Shown here piece after piece: positions 36,758-50,070 of a stretch of 64,000 bases of DNA (positions are counted from its first letter, which is position 1; the number at the start of each line of letters is the position of its first letter). Both the position numbers and the translations under genes were made by a program. The DNA is from Selaginella moellendorffii (taxonomy: Eukaryota; Plantae; Lycopodiophyta). The stretch lies in NCBI RefSeq assembly GCF_000143415.4, contig NW_003314273.1:1952052-2016051 (forward strand), given 5' to 3'. The notes under the pieces were generated by a model that worked only from the letters and a program-made list of their open reading frames with translations, was not told where the DNA came from and made no database searches.

Positions 36758-37330
36758 ATATGTTTATAAGGGATTAAAGACTCACCAAATGTAGGAAGTA
36801 TATATATGGGAATTAGTTTATTGTGATGTTGTAAATCTTCTTATTTATAGTATCAATTCCATAATTGAGAATTATATACTTGTAATGATGATATTGTCAT
36901 TTAATGTTAAGACTTTTAACTTTTGCCTTTAACTATAATGCCCTTGAGTATGTTGCCTTTGGTTCATTTGATTATGCATTTATAACTTTCACATATTTAT
37001 TTTTTCTCATTTTTAGAATTTCTTGAGAAACTGCTAATGTTTACCTTATTGTTATTGTTGTAAAGTGTTCTTTCCAAATTTAAAGCTTGTTTCATCTAAA
37101 GTTTAAAACTCCAAATACATCAATTTTACCCAACTAACCAAATACATGGTATATCTTTTGGTTTTGGATAACTAACACTACACAGAATAACTAGAGTACT
37201 TTCCTCCATAGCTAGAGCTCTAGAATCAATCAAAAAACTCTTGAAATGCGACAAAAAACACACTGGAATCTTCAAGGATGAGTACTATACTGGTGAAGAG
37301 AAAAGCTTTGCATTTTTGTTTCTATGCTAA

Positions 37331-37403
37331 GGGGATGTAGTTCAGATGGTAGAGCGCTCACTTAGCATGCGAGACGCACCGGGATCAATACCTGGCATCT
37401 CCA
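37331..37403 (+). pseudogene. tRNA-Ala(AGC), full length but degenerate (unit A2)
   Basis: Five substitutions affecting the D stem, anticodon stem, variable region, T loop (GATCAATAC) and T stem. Confidence 0.8.
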
Positions 37404-38075
37404 ACTATTTTCAATCATTCCAAGCGTTTTGACCGATTTTACTGGTGTTGACTATGGTTGACCACTTGAGGAGCTAGAGATCCACGATGAAGAAGTAAAA
37501 CCGGATGGTGCTAGTTCCTTCCACTGTTGGGTCACTGGATTGCTGCTCTACCGTCTGTGACAAACTGGCTTTTAATCCAGTACCCAGATGGGTTAATTCT
37601 TTTGCTTTTGCCTCTGACATTATGGAAACTACTTTGATATGTTGTGTCTGCAATAGAGGCAGCCATAATAAGAGACCTCCACCAGCTGAGAAAAAGAAGA
37701 CTGGTAGGCAGGAGCGTGAAGACAACAAGGATGCCATCTACATGACAAAGATAATCCAACTTGCATTTTTGCATCTATCAGTCTCATGCTTTCGGTTGGG
37801 CACCGTGAGACTATCAAAACAGCAATGGATAGATATTTATCTCGTGTTTCTTTTCCCCAGTTTTCTGTAGAGGAAGTAGTTTGTGCACGCTGATGGCTTG
37901 TGTCTCCATGATCCCATTCAATGAGTGCTAAGTTGAAAAACGAGAAAAAAAAGAGTTTCGTTATTCAAAGTATGCAAAGTGGCGTGTCACTGCAAGTAGG
38001 ACATTAGGATTGGAAAGATATCCATTTCTCTTTTTGAAATATCATACCTATACTGTAGAGAGCATTTCGTGATTG

Positions 38076-39331
38076 AGCGATGCATGTTATCTCAAAGGAA
38101 GCAGCGCAGGAATGCGATCTTTCAGGAGCCCGGGTGGCAGATCGAAGTGACGGATCATCTGGAAGTTGTGGTGGACGATTCTCCGACTGAGAAGAAACAG
38201 CTGGATGCTCACACTCGTAGTTCCCACAGCAATGGTACACTGGAATTCTCCGCAAAGTGTCCTGCCAACACTGGCAGTGACACGTAAGTCAGCACAGTGC
38301 ATGTGTTGTCACAGGGAAGATTGTGTAGAATCAATCTTCAAGGAGATGAAGTTGCAGAGCAAGAAGACAGTAGGCTCTTGCTCACTGACGGTGATCTCAC
38401 CCAGAGATCACATACAAGGGTTGACTGGTGGAAGTCGCCAGATTTGGAAGTTATGACACAACTGGCTCGGAACATGGATTGGAAGGTAGAGCAAGAACCT
38501 ACCAAGTTTCGATTTGATGAAGGGTTTACGAGCTATCCTCTAGAGGTGACAAGGGAGCAGACGTTGGTGCACCTCCAAAGGCCAGAGAGGTTGCTCGAGA
38601 CGAAAGGTTTGAGAAAATGTAACGTACTACTTTTGCTCTCTATTCTTGCAGGCGCTCAAATCTCAACTTTGATGAGAAGAAGCAGTACAGGGCATAGTGG
38701 CCAGATAAGTTTCTCCAGAGTCAAGAGCATCACAAGCGGGGAATCAAGCAAGTGCAATTGTGAAAGTATGGTCGAAGTCTACACTGCGGCTTGCAACACA
38801 GGTTGTTCGACAGGATGGGACGAAGAACATGATAGGTTGGTCTACCTATCCTGGAAAGCAACACTCTCGCCTCACAAATTGTGAATATGAAGCCGATGCA
38901 TTTGTCGCAAGCAGCCTCGTGGACATGTGGAAGCGTCAGAAGTGTACAGGAGGACGAAGAAACATGCCTGGAACACGATCATCACGGGACATGCACTTCT
39001 TCTATCGGATGCAACGAGAAGCTGGCCTACCTCCAAACGCTGAGCAAAACATCCTTTCCTGGGATACACTGAGAACAACCTTTGCTCTCGAGCGCTATGA
39101 GCAAGCCAGCAGCCAAACGCTCAGACTTTTGTGGTGGCGCTCAAGGCACGGGGCGACTTAGGCGAAGAGGCTCCACTCGCAGATCTGGAAGAGAAATCTG
39201 GACGGAATCCACTACTCGCGTGCTCACTCATCACATTCTATAGGAAGTGTGGAGACGTGGCTGCCTCTCAAGAAGTTTTCCGCCCCAAGTTCAGTATTAC
39301 TCCGGCACTTCCTCTTACACTACTCATTTGA
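38076..39331 (+). pseudogene. Orphan His-gene tail plus PLS-PPR remnant (unit A2)
   Basis: Paralog of 13796-15045. Confidence 0.8.
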
Positions 39332-41209
39332 AGTACCTGGAGAGTGCCTTACAAAGCATGATGTTCATAGGTACTATAGTTTTTAGTTCATAGCTTTTTT
39401 GTTTCATCTTATAGCTAAAATAGCTTGAAGTCAGATACTTCTAACTAGTTCGACCATCTTGGCCTAAGCATCATGTAAGCAGAGTACCTCCTTGTGAAGG
39501 CGAAACTGAAGCTTGTCAGTTTCATGAAAAGTTGTGAAGGCTCTAGAGCTTATCTCCTTACACATGGTAAGTATCTTGTTCTTTGACTTTTTCATCAATG
39601 ACATGTTATTTCAGGGACGGGAATGGACATACAATCTTATTGTAAAGAGGGTATTAGGAGGTGTTGCTCATCTCGGGAGCTTGTTGGTAAACTTTGTGAG
39701 GAAAATGGAGAAAGAGTGTAATGCAAGATTGACGGAGCCATCAACAAAACCCAAACAAAGATGAAAACAGGCGAAGGGATCTTAGGGGCCACACCATGGT
39801 CAAAAGATAAAAATATCAGAGACAATCATGCTCTGGATCATATTTCACAAATGGTTATTTATATAGGAAATTATATATCTATGGTGTTTGGTCACTTAAA
39901 CTTAACTTGAAAACTTGGGACTCAAGCTTCTCCAAGTAGATTAGATGTTACATTCTGTCCTGTACAAATGTACAACTTTGTAACTATGATTCAAGTTCTT
40001 TAAATCTTTTTTGATTTCGTGATAGAGAGTTGTCCAAAGTAAATTGTGTGCTTTTGTCTTGCTGATGCTTGGCAAGTTTCTTTGTGCCTTCTTTCAGCTG
40101 ATCTAGACAAGGTCGTTGATACATTTAAGTTTCGTGATGGTTGCACGTTTTTCTTCTATTGAAGAATTAACTCTCTCTTTGAGTGTAATTATAAGAAATG
40201 CCCTATATTGTTTTCAGTGTAATTTATAGATAAAGTTTATTTTAGTTTCAAATACAATACCAATATCTATTTTTTTCACTTCATGTTCAGACGTTATGAT
40301 GAATCCAAACTTTAACATTTGGATCCATCCTATGCAAAGGATGAATGATTTCAGAATTTTAATGTTTATATGTAATTGTAATTCGGGAATTGGTTGATTA
40401 TGATGTTGTAAAGCTTCCCATTTATAAGATCACTTCCATACTTGAGAATTATATACTCATAATGATGGTATTCCTGCTTGATGGCTATTTTTTACTTTCA
40501 ACTATAATGCTTTTGAGTATGTTGTCTTTGCTTCCTTTAACCAAGTATTTGTAATGTTCATATGTTTGTTGTTTCTCATCTACTAATATGAAATCAAAAA
40601 AGATTTAAAGAACTTGAATTATAATTATAAAAGTTATATATTTGTACAGAGCATGGTTGAAAGAAAAACATAACATCTAATCAACAACAAAATCTCAGAG
40701 AAACTTAAGTCCCAAGTTTAATCAAAGAAGTTTTGGGAAAAAAGTTCTATATAATAATGTAAATAGGTTTGTGAATAAGCTTCTATAGGTTTAAAGTGAC
40801 CAAACACTATAGATCTTTGCTTCAGCAAACCTATGGTGGTATTGAATATACTTAAACTATGCTTGGAGATTCTAGGATATTTTAATATCTAATAGTTGTT
40901 GTTCATTTAGATTAATCTTTTTGATTATAATTTATAAACTTCCGTATAAACACTTTCTAGTATATTTTTGTTTATTCTACTATAATATTAATCTCAAATA
41001 AGTTTATAACTAAATTACTCACAGCAAATTAATTAAGAGATAAGTATTGTCTCTCATAGTTTTTATCTCTTCACCAAGGTGTGCCAGCTAAGATCCATTC
41101 GCGTCTTTTCAGGTACCATCTTTGATTGACGGCTCCATCAACCTTGCATAACACTCTTTCCTTGCAAAGTTTACCAACCTCCCAAGAAAAGCTTTTCTCT
41201 CATTGAGCG

Positions 41210-42100
41210 ACCCGCTGAGTAGTGGATTCCCTCCAGATTTCTCTCCCAGATCTGCGAGTGGAGCCTCTTCTCTGCTAAGTCGCCGTGTGCCTTGAGCGCC
41301 ACCATGAAAGCCTGAGCGTTTGGCTGCGGCTTGCTCATAGCACTCAAGAGCAAAGGTTGTTCTTGGCAAATCCCAGGAAACAACGTTTTGCTGCTCCATG
41401 CAAAGTCTCAGCGTTTGGAGGCAGGCCAGCTTCTCGTTGCATCTGGTAGAAGACGTGTACGTCCCATGATGATCGTGTTTCAGGCAACCAACGTCGTGTT
41501 TCTTTGTCCTCCTGAACACTTCTGATGCTTCCACATGTCCACGAGGCTGCTTGCGACGAATGCATTGGGTTAATTTGCGAGGTAGACCAACCTATCCTGT
41601 TCTTCGTCCCATCCTGTCAAACAACCTGTATTGCAAGCCGCAGTGTAGACTTCGACCATACTTCCACAATTTTGCACTTGCTTGATTCCTGGCTTATGAT
41701 GCTCTTGACTCTGGGGAAACCTATCTGGCCGCTATGCCCTGCTCTGCTTCTTCTCATCGAAGTTGAGATTTGAGCACCTGCAAGAACAGAGAGCAAAAGT
41801 AGTACGTTACCTTTTCTCAAACCTTTCGTCTCAAGCAACTTCTCTGGCCTTTCGAGGTGCACTAACGTCTGCTCGCCCGTCACCTCTAGAGGATAGCTCA
41901 GTCAAATCGAAACTTGGTAGGTTCCTGCTCTACTTTCCAGTCCATGTTCCGAGCCAGCTGCGCGATAACTTCCAAGCCTGGTGACTTCCACCAGTGGACT
42001 CTTCACCGTCCGTGAGCAAGACCCTGCTGTCTTCTTGCTCTGCAACTTCATCTCCTTGAAGATTGCTTGTACACAATCTTCCATGTGACAAGGCATGCAC
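41210..42100 (-). pseudogene. PLS-class PPR remnant (unit B4)
   Basis: Paralog of 16920-17820. Confidence 0.75.
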
Positions 42101-42109
42101 TGTGCTGAC

Positions 42110-42880
42110 TTATGCGTCACTGCCAGTGTTGGCAGGACACTTTGAGGAGAATCCCAGAGTGCCATTGCTGTGCGAACCACGAGTGTGAGCTTCCAGCTGT
42201 TTCTTCTCAGTCAGAGAATCGTCCACCACAACTTCAATCTGCCACCCGGGATCCTGAAAGATCGCATTCCTGCACTGCTTCCTCCGAGAGAACATCCATC
42301 ACACGAGCAAAAAGCATGCGAGCAGCACCAAGATCGCAACCAAAACCCACAGAAGAAGCTGGAGCAGTGACCACGGCGTCCTCCGAACCACTGTAACTAC
42401 TGCTGCGGGTGTTGGTGTGGCCACTGCTGCGTCGTGACCCTCGCGACGATGGTGGTGGTGGTGGTGGTGGTGGTGGTGGTGGTGGTGATGGTGGTGGTTG
42501 TGGCGTCCTCCATGGTGGTGACCATGGTGGTGAACAACCAGAGGAGCTCCATCACCGTGATGATGATGGTACACTGCTGCTGCTGGAGCTGGATCGTGGT
42601 GGCGAGCATCAGGCGCTGGAGCTAGATGAGCAGGGTGGCCGCGAGCAGGGTGAACGAAAGCAGCTGGCGCTGGGGCTCGAACTGGAGCGTCACCTTGAAG
42701 AACTGGAGCTAAAGCTGGCGCTGGCTCGTGGCCTCCTCGAGGATGGTGTCCATGGTGGTGTGGTGGATGTGCTGGAGCTAGAGCTGGAGCTCGCGGGTGT
42801 GAAGCTCGGTGATGGCCGCCATGCCAGGGCGCTGGAGCTCGGCGGGCAAGCGTTGGGGTGGCGTGAGCGCGAGAGACCAT
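42110..42880 (-). pseudogene. His-rich membrane protein copy with premature stop right after the TM segment (193 aa, 16 His; unit B4)
   Basis: CGA>TGA at 42299-42301; the rest of the tail continues in frame to 42110. Confidence 0.65.
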
Positions 42881-43347
42881 AGCTTACCTGACGAGAGCTT
42901 CGACAATAGAAAAATCCAAGCGAGAAAGATTATAACCTAACCCTTGACTTAGAAAATAGAAAATAAAGAGGTACTTTTGGCTTTGTGAAAAAAACAAGAG
43001 CTTGTGACGCTGTGGATTGTCGGACTTGAACTGAGCATGCCAAAGAGCCCAAACCTAGATGTGAACAGCGATTTAATTTCACAATCACGAAATGCTCAAT
43101 ATTTCAAAAAGATAAGACATTTTTAATTTGATGGCAACTCCTTTCCAAGCTCAATCCTAATGTACTTGCAGTGAACAAAACTTTTTTACTCGTTTGCAAA
43201 AAAGTGGGAAAAAGAAACACAAGATAAATATCTATGCATTGCTCTGTTGACAGTCTCATGGTGCAACATCAATCCATAGCTCCCCCAAAGGTCAACACCA
43301 GTAAAATCGGTCAAAACACCTGGAACGATCCAATAATCAAACATATT

Positions 43348-43404
43348 TGGAGATGCTGGTTATTGATCCCTAAGCGAGTGCTCTACCATCTGAGCTATCT
43401 CCCC
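43348..43404 (-). pseudogene. tRNA-Ala pseudogene with 16-nt deletion
   Basis: Same deletion as 4028-4084. Confidence 0.85.
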
Positions 43405-43886
43405 TTAGCAAAGAAACAAAAATGCTAAACTTTTCTCTTCACCATTCTAATACTCATCCTTGGAGATTCTGGCAGCTTTTGTTGCATTTCAAGAGCCTTT
43501 TGAGAGATGAGCTTTGGAAAGCCCACCATCTCCAGCAAGTTTCTATAGCCAAGAAGCTGCATCAGCAGGCAACCATGAAGAATGTTACTAATGCTTATAA
43601 TAATAATACATATTATAGTAATAGTAATCACAAGAGGTGGAGGAAAAGGGATAGTGTTTTGCTTTGCAGTGTTATGCAAGAGGATGAGTAAAGCAATTGG
43701 TAAAACCAACACAATATAAATCAACTGGTATGGTCTTCTGTACCAATCAAATTGTCTAAACACTAATATTAATTGGTATTTTGGTTTGCTAGTAAACATA
43801 TTTAGCTACATATTTGTATAGCTAAAAGTATTTTAAAATGAGTAACTTGTTTTTCTTAAAAAAGTTCAAAATTGGAAACGTCACCT

Positions 43887-44143
43887 TCACATTCTTTCAA
43901 AATTTAAGTGCATTTGCTTTTCTGAACAAACAAATAGAGATATTGGGCATGCTTGATCAATCCAAAGAAACCAATTATTAAAAGCTTACTAGGTGATGGA
44001 TTTTGTTTCAAGGTGGCCTCTCTCCATTCCTTGTATTCTAAGCATGTTGTCCTGCCTGGATCTTGTACCAAAACCAAACTAATGCCTTTGGAACTTGTAA
44101 GTTGTAACAAGCAAATCAATGCCTTCCTACTGACCTCAAGAAT
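43887..44143 (-). pseudogene. Inverted ORC6 3' fragment (unit B4)
   Basis: ORF 43904..44149 contains DPGRTTCLEYKEW and matches the ORC6 tail. Confidence 0.9.
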
Positions 44144-44629
44144 GTACAACTTAATGTAGTCCTATACAGATCTGATAATAGAGAGAGCAAAAGGAGTCAT
44201 TAAAAATATTTTCAAATATTCTGGTACACGAAAGAATAATTTCTTAATATTTTCGTGGCAATATTTTTATTAAACAGGTATTTTTTAAAAATTAAATAAT
44301 ATTTAGATTTGAGTGGCAATATTTCCTATTTAATAGAGGTTTTACCTTCTGACCTAATTTACAGAATAAATTCACTATATTTAGTATAGCTGAATATACA
44401 TTTATTACTATAAAATCCATTTGAGTGTAACTTTAAAAAATGTCCTTTGTTAGTTTATGAGTAATTTATAAGTAAATATTTATTTGTAAATATATATCAA
44501 ACTCAAATACAATACCAATATCTAGTTATTTTTCAATGTCATAAACCCCCCATATTAAGATATTGCAGTGAATCCAAATTTTAAGATTTGGATCCATCCC
44601 AAAAGCCATATAATATATAAAATATATAT

Positions 44630-46470
44630 TGTAAGTGTTCAGGATAAAGGAATAGGTATATTAATTAATGTTTAGGCCTTTACTTATATACAAAAATAAA
44701 TGGACCAGATTTAGTCCCAAATGGACAGTCAATATGTTATACTACTATTAGTGTATTACCTAGCTAGGGTAATACATATATATATATATATATATATATG
44801 TATTTACAAACTTTACACCATCCTCCCTTTTGGAAGATGAAAAGGTGATAATAATAAGTCAGGTGGAACATTTGGAGCTTCTGTTGGGCAATTATAAATT
44901 ACCACAAGAATCTAAAACTCCCACAAAACCACCAATAAAGTTGCTAATAACCATGACTGAAATAAAATTTAAAGCCATGGCATAATCATTAGCCCACTAT
45001 AGAACCTTGATGAACCAATTGTAACTTTGTATGCAACTCCCAAATGCTCAAACCAACCATGCAACCATAACTTTGCACTGGGGAGGTCAGACTCACTCCA
45101 TTCGTCTTTCACATTTTCTTTATCCCCTCCTCGAAGAAAAAAAAGTTTTGAAACAATAGCTCCTTTTGGACTTACTACACTGTTCTCACTCCGCTATTTA
45201 TGTTCGGCCTCACTCCACTATCGCATCTATTCGGCCTCATTATGTCGGGGTTGGATGTTTCATTCAAACTCGCTATGCTCGTCCTTACTCGACAATCCAT
45301 ATCATTTATCCTCGCTCCACTATCGTATTCGCTCGTCCTCACTCCATCATCGGGGCCAGACTCCCATCCATCCCCTCTACTCCCTCCTCTAAAGAAGAAA
45401 AAGTTTGAAGTGTCAAAGCAAAAAAGAGAAAACAAAAAAAATTGAGAAAAAATAATTGTGAAAGAAGAAAAAGTAGATAAAGAAGCATTGGAAGAAAAAT
45501 TTGCAACAACTAGCAATGCAAAAATGGGAAATCAAAAGAATATATACTTAAAACTTGGTCAATAGGGGATTTCCTTTTGTAAAATATTTCAGCTACAATA
45601 TAAGCAAAAGATTCACACCACACAACCGTCTCAACACTTGATATGAGAAAATCAATAACAACATTCACACTCTCAAGGGAATATATAAACTCCTCATGAG
45701 CAATAGTAAAACAAAGGTTGTTAGTGGCACTCACAAGTGAGACATGTATTCAACCCAAAATTTTGGCTAAAGTGACTCAACCCTTGGAACAGGGAAATAC
45801 TCAATACCAGAACTAATCAAAGACTCTACCAATGAAATAAAAGCAAGATTCTCAACTTCATGGATACACTCAATATCCAGATTAGTATGAGGAGGATAAA
45901 AAACACTCAACTTAACACTGGATTGAGAATTAGAATCATGAGAGTCATAAATGATCGACGTGCCAAAAAAAGAAAATGCTACATATGAAGAAGAAATACT
46001 AGGAACTTGAGAAAGTGGCTCAGGCTGAAAAATAAAAAAAAAAGTTGGGAAAGAGCAAAAGGGAAAGAGTAAGGATTAGATAACAGATTGAAATATTGAC
46101 ACCTACTTCGCAAAATCTCCACTTCATCTCCAAAACTATTTCCATAATATTTAAGCTCATCATCACACTTTGGAATCCACCCAAGTTTGTACATATTGTC
46201 TTTCCACAAACTTGATCCTCAAACATTCTCCAAGAATTAAACTGTGTCATCCATAGTTCACTAATCAATATCACAATCACACTTCATATCAATAGGAGAT
46301 GTTAGAACATTGAGAACAGGATAAGCCATATAATCACATCCCACAAAAGTTGGAGACCAACAAACAACACATCAAGGATAGGCACAATACCAATATGATC
46401 ACACCCCATAACACCAAAAGTTAGATCCAACGGAGCAGTATTAATAGCTTCAAGTGACATACTTCTTGAT
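44630..46470 (-). mobile_element. Truncated duplicate of the 34502-36757 LTR element (LTR 44630-44817)
   Basis: Same left flank and internal sequence, so duplicated after insertion; homology stops at ~46470. Confidence 0.85.
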
Positions 46471-46754
46471 CAATGAGGGCCTGGCAGCAGAGTACATCCA
46501 GAGCTGTGACATTGTCGCGTTCAACAAGATATGATCTACTCAGCCATCTCCTTTTTTTGATTGTGTTCTTCACTGCAAGAAAGGAAGAACTCTTGTCGTC
46601 GTTGTATTCCCTCAAGCTTTCTACAATCTTAAAAAGTTTTGTATGATCGATCCATCGTTCCAAATAAAATTGGGGCTGGTTGACTATAGTTGACGTAAAG
46701 TAAACCATTAGTTCGTTTATCTCTAACCCTCGCGGTTTAGGTTAACTCGTTATC

Positions 46755-46792
46755 TTCCCGCCTATTTCCAAACGCGAGGTTCTTCGCGCGCC
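46755..46792 (+). promoter_or_regulatory. Putative E2F sites upstream of ORC6
   Basis: TTCCCGCC (46755-46762) and TTCGCGCGCC (46783-46792); E2F control of plant ORC genes is established. Confidence 0.55.
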
Positions 46793-48151
46793 ATGGAGAT
46801 GAAGGCGCTGGAATGGCGGCTGGGAATGGCGGCCGATCGCGAAGTGCTGCGCAAGGCGGAGGAGCTGCTGCGCCTCTGCCGGATGGAATTTGATGCGGCG
46901 GCATTTGGCATTGTGAGTGTGCTTGCTTCTTTCTTTCCGCCTGTGACTTGAGGGTATCCAATGCTCTTGTGTGTTATTCCAGGGCGATGTCTGCCGATCC
47001 GTGCTCTGTTTCGAGATCGCGTGCTCGATGTAAGTATCCAGATCTGCATTTCTTTGCGGGTGGAGTTTATTTCTTTCTTTTCTTCTCGGACAGGATGCAA
47101 GTTCCATTCGATCGGCAAAAGGGAATCAAGCTGAGTGGTCTTTCTGATAAGGCTTACAATAGATCACTCACCACAGTCCAGAATGCTCTTGGTATCAGGT
47201 ATTTCTTCAAAGCCAGGAAGAAAAGAGATGGAAAAAAAATGTGGGAATAACATTTTTTTCTTCAGGACAAGCTTGAATGTGCGCGAGCTCGCTGTGCAAT
47301 TTGGATGCGTGAGACTCATACAAGCTGTCCAGAGAGTCTTGGCAGCGTAAGAGCTTCCTCTTTCCTTTTAGTTTATTTCTTTACGGGCTCTCTCTACGTT
47401 TTGCTCCAGATACAAAGAGCGATTTTTGGCCACTTTACCAGAAGCACGACGTCGAAGCGCTGATTTCGATCGCCCTGTATTCACCAGCGTCGCGTTTTAT
47501 TTATGCGCGAGAAAGCAAAAGGCAAGCAGTTTCCAATGCTTTTTTTCACGGTTTTACTGTCTTTTTTTTGTATGTTTCAACAGCTTAAAGTTGACAAAGC
47601 TAAATTGATGGAGGTGTCTAGCACGTCGGACCCTGAGTTTTCCAACGTAAGCTCCAACGAGCAATTGTATTGCCGATTCTAGATTTTATTTTTCTACAGG
47701 TTGCCGCGTCTATGACAGATATCTGCTTCGATTTGGTCGGTGTTGAGAAAGAGAAATCCGAATCAAGAACTAGAGGATGCAAGAGAGGTATGCAAAGAAC
47801 TCGATATTTTTTCTGCAAGGCCTGATCTCACAGTGCGAGCATTTCTTCTGCAGCTCTGTCGGATGCCACGAATCTCGAGGTCAGTAGGAAGGCGTCGATC
47901 TGCTTGTTGCAACTTCCAGGTTCTAAAGACATTAGTTTGGTTTGCATGCAGGATCCAGGCAGGACAACATGCCTAGAATACGAGGAATGGAAAGAGGCCG
48001 TTTTGTCATCCTCGAAACAAAATCCATCACCTAGTAAGCTTTTAGTGATTAGTTTCTTTGGATTGATCAAGCGTGCCCGATTTCTCCGTTCGTTTGTTCA
48101 GGGGCTGTCAGAGACCGAAAGCAAGCACGCTTAAACTTCGAAAGCATGTGA
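46793..48151 (+). CDS. ORC6: Origin recognition complex subunit 6 (10 exons, one GC-AG intron at 47522-47583)
   Basis: Spliced product MEMKALEWRLG..RKAEELLRLC..LNVRELAVQFGCVR..YKERFLATLP..ADFDRPVFT..FYLCARKQKLKVDK..YEEWK..KQARLNFESM* matches plant ORC6. Confidence 0.95.
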
Positions 48152-48716
48152 TTTCGATATTTTGTAAAAAAGGAAAAAGTAAAGTTACTCATTTTAAAAA
48201 AAATTCTAAATATGTTTACTAGCAAATTAAAATACCAAATAATATTAGTATTTATTTGGTACTAAAGATCATACCAATTGATTTATATTGTCTTGGTTTT
48301 ACCAATTGCTTCTACCCATCTTGAATAACACTGCAAAGCAAAATAATTCACTAGCCTTGTTCCTCTGTACTATTACTATATGTATTATTATTATAAGCAT
48401 TAGTAACATTCTTCATGGTTGCCAGCTTTGCAAGGAGTGCCCTGTCGTACGCATCAAGCAACCCATCCTGTGGATTCCACATGCATCTCTTTTGATTCTC
48501 AGGGGTATGCTCCACAAATCCCTCGGCCTTAAACCTGGAGCACTTAATAAGACATTGCCAAGATGAGATCTCATGACCTTGAGTATTTTCCTCCATAGCT
48601 AGAGCTCTAGAATCAATCAAAAAACTCTTGAAATGTGACAAAAGATGGCTGGAATCTCCAAAGATGAGTACTAGACTGGTGAAGAGAAAAGCTTTGCATT
48701 TTTGTTTCTATTCTAA

Positions 48717-48789
48717 GGGGATGTAGCTCAGATGGTAGAGCGCTCGCTTAGCATGTGAGAGGCACTGGGATCGATACCCGGCATCTCCA
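48717..48789 (+). tRNA. tRNA-Ala(AGC) (unit A3)
   Basis: Full cloverleaf with canonical ATCGATA T loop, two G-U wobble pairs and TTTT downstream. Confidence 0.85.
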
Positions 48790-49459
48790 ACTATTTTCAA
48801 TCATTCCAAGCGTTTTGACCGATTTTACTGGTGTTGACTATGGTTGACCACTTGAGGAGCTAGAGATCCACGATGAAGAAGTAAAACCGGATGGTGCTAG
48901 TTCCTTCCACTGTTGGGTCACTGGATTGCTGCTCTACCGTCTGTGACAAACTGGCTTTTATTCCAGTACCCAGATGGGTTAATTCTTTTGCTTTTGCCTC
49001 TGACATTATGAAACTACTTTGATATGTTGTGTCTGCAATAGAGGCAACCATAATAAGAGACCTCCACCAGCCGAGAAAAAGAAGACTGGTAGGCAGGAGC
49101 GTGAAGACAACAAGGATGCCATCTACATGACAAAGATAATCCAACTTGCATTTTTGCATCTATCAGTCTCATGCTTTCGGTTGGGCACCGTGAGACTATC
49201 AAAACAGCAATGGATAGATATTTATCTCGTGTTTCTTTTCCCCAGTTTCCTGTAGGGAAGTAGTTTGTGCACGCTGATGGCTTGTGTCTCCATGATCACA
49301 TTCAATGAGTGCTAAGTTGAAAAACGAGGAAAAAAAGAGTTTCATTATTCAAAGTATGCAAAGTGGCGTGTCACTGCAAGTAGGACATTAGGATTGGAAA
49401 GATATCCATTTCTCTTTTTGAAATATCATACCTATACTGTGGAGAGCATTTTGTGATTG

Positions 49460-50070
49460 AGCAATGCATGTTATCTCAAAGGAAGCAGCGCAGGAATGCG
49501 ATCTTTCAGGAGCCCGGGTGGCAGATCGAAGTGACGGATCATCTGGAAGTTGTGGTGGACGATTCTCAGACTGAGAAGAAACAGCTGGATGCTCACACTC
49601 GTAGTTCCCACAGCAATGGTACACTGGAATTCTCCGCAAAGTGTCCTGCCAACACTGGCAGTGACACGTAAGTCAGCACAGTGCATGTGTTGTCACAGGG
49701 AAGATTGTGTAGAATCAATCTTCAAGGAGATGAAGTTGCAGAGCAAGAAGTCAGTAGGCTCTTGCTCACTGACGGTGATCTCACCCAGAGATCACATACA
49801 AGGGTTGACTGGTGGAAGTCGCCAGATTTGGAAGTTATGACACAACTGGCTCGGAACATGGATTGGAAGGTAGAGCAAACGTACTACTTTTGCTCTCTAT
49901 TCTTGCAGGCACTCAAATCTCAACTTTGATGAGAAGAAGCAGTATAGGGCATAGTGGCCAGATAAGTTTCTCCAGAGTCAAGAGCATCACAAACGGGGAA
50001 TCAAGCAAGTGTAATTGTGAAAGTATGGTCGAAGTCTACACTGCAGCTTGCAACACAAGTTGTTCGACAA
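49460..50070 (+). pseudogene. Orphan His-gene tail plus truncated PPR remnant (unit A3)
   Basis: ORF 49453..49671 gives the tail; internal deletion at ~49877; homology ends at ~50070. Confidence 0.75.
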
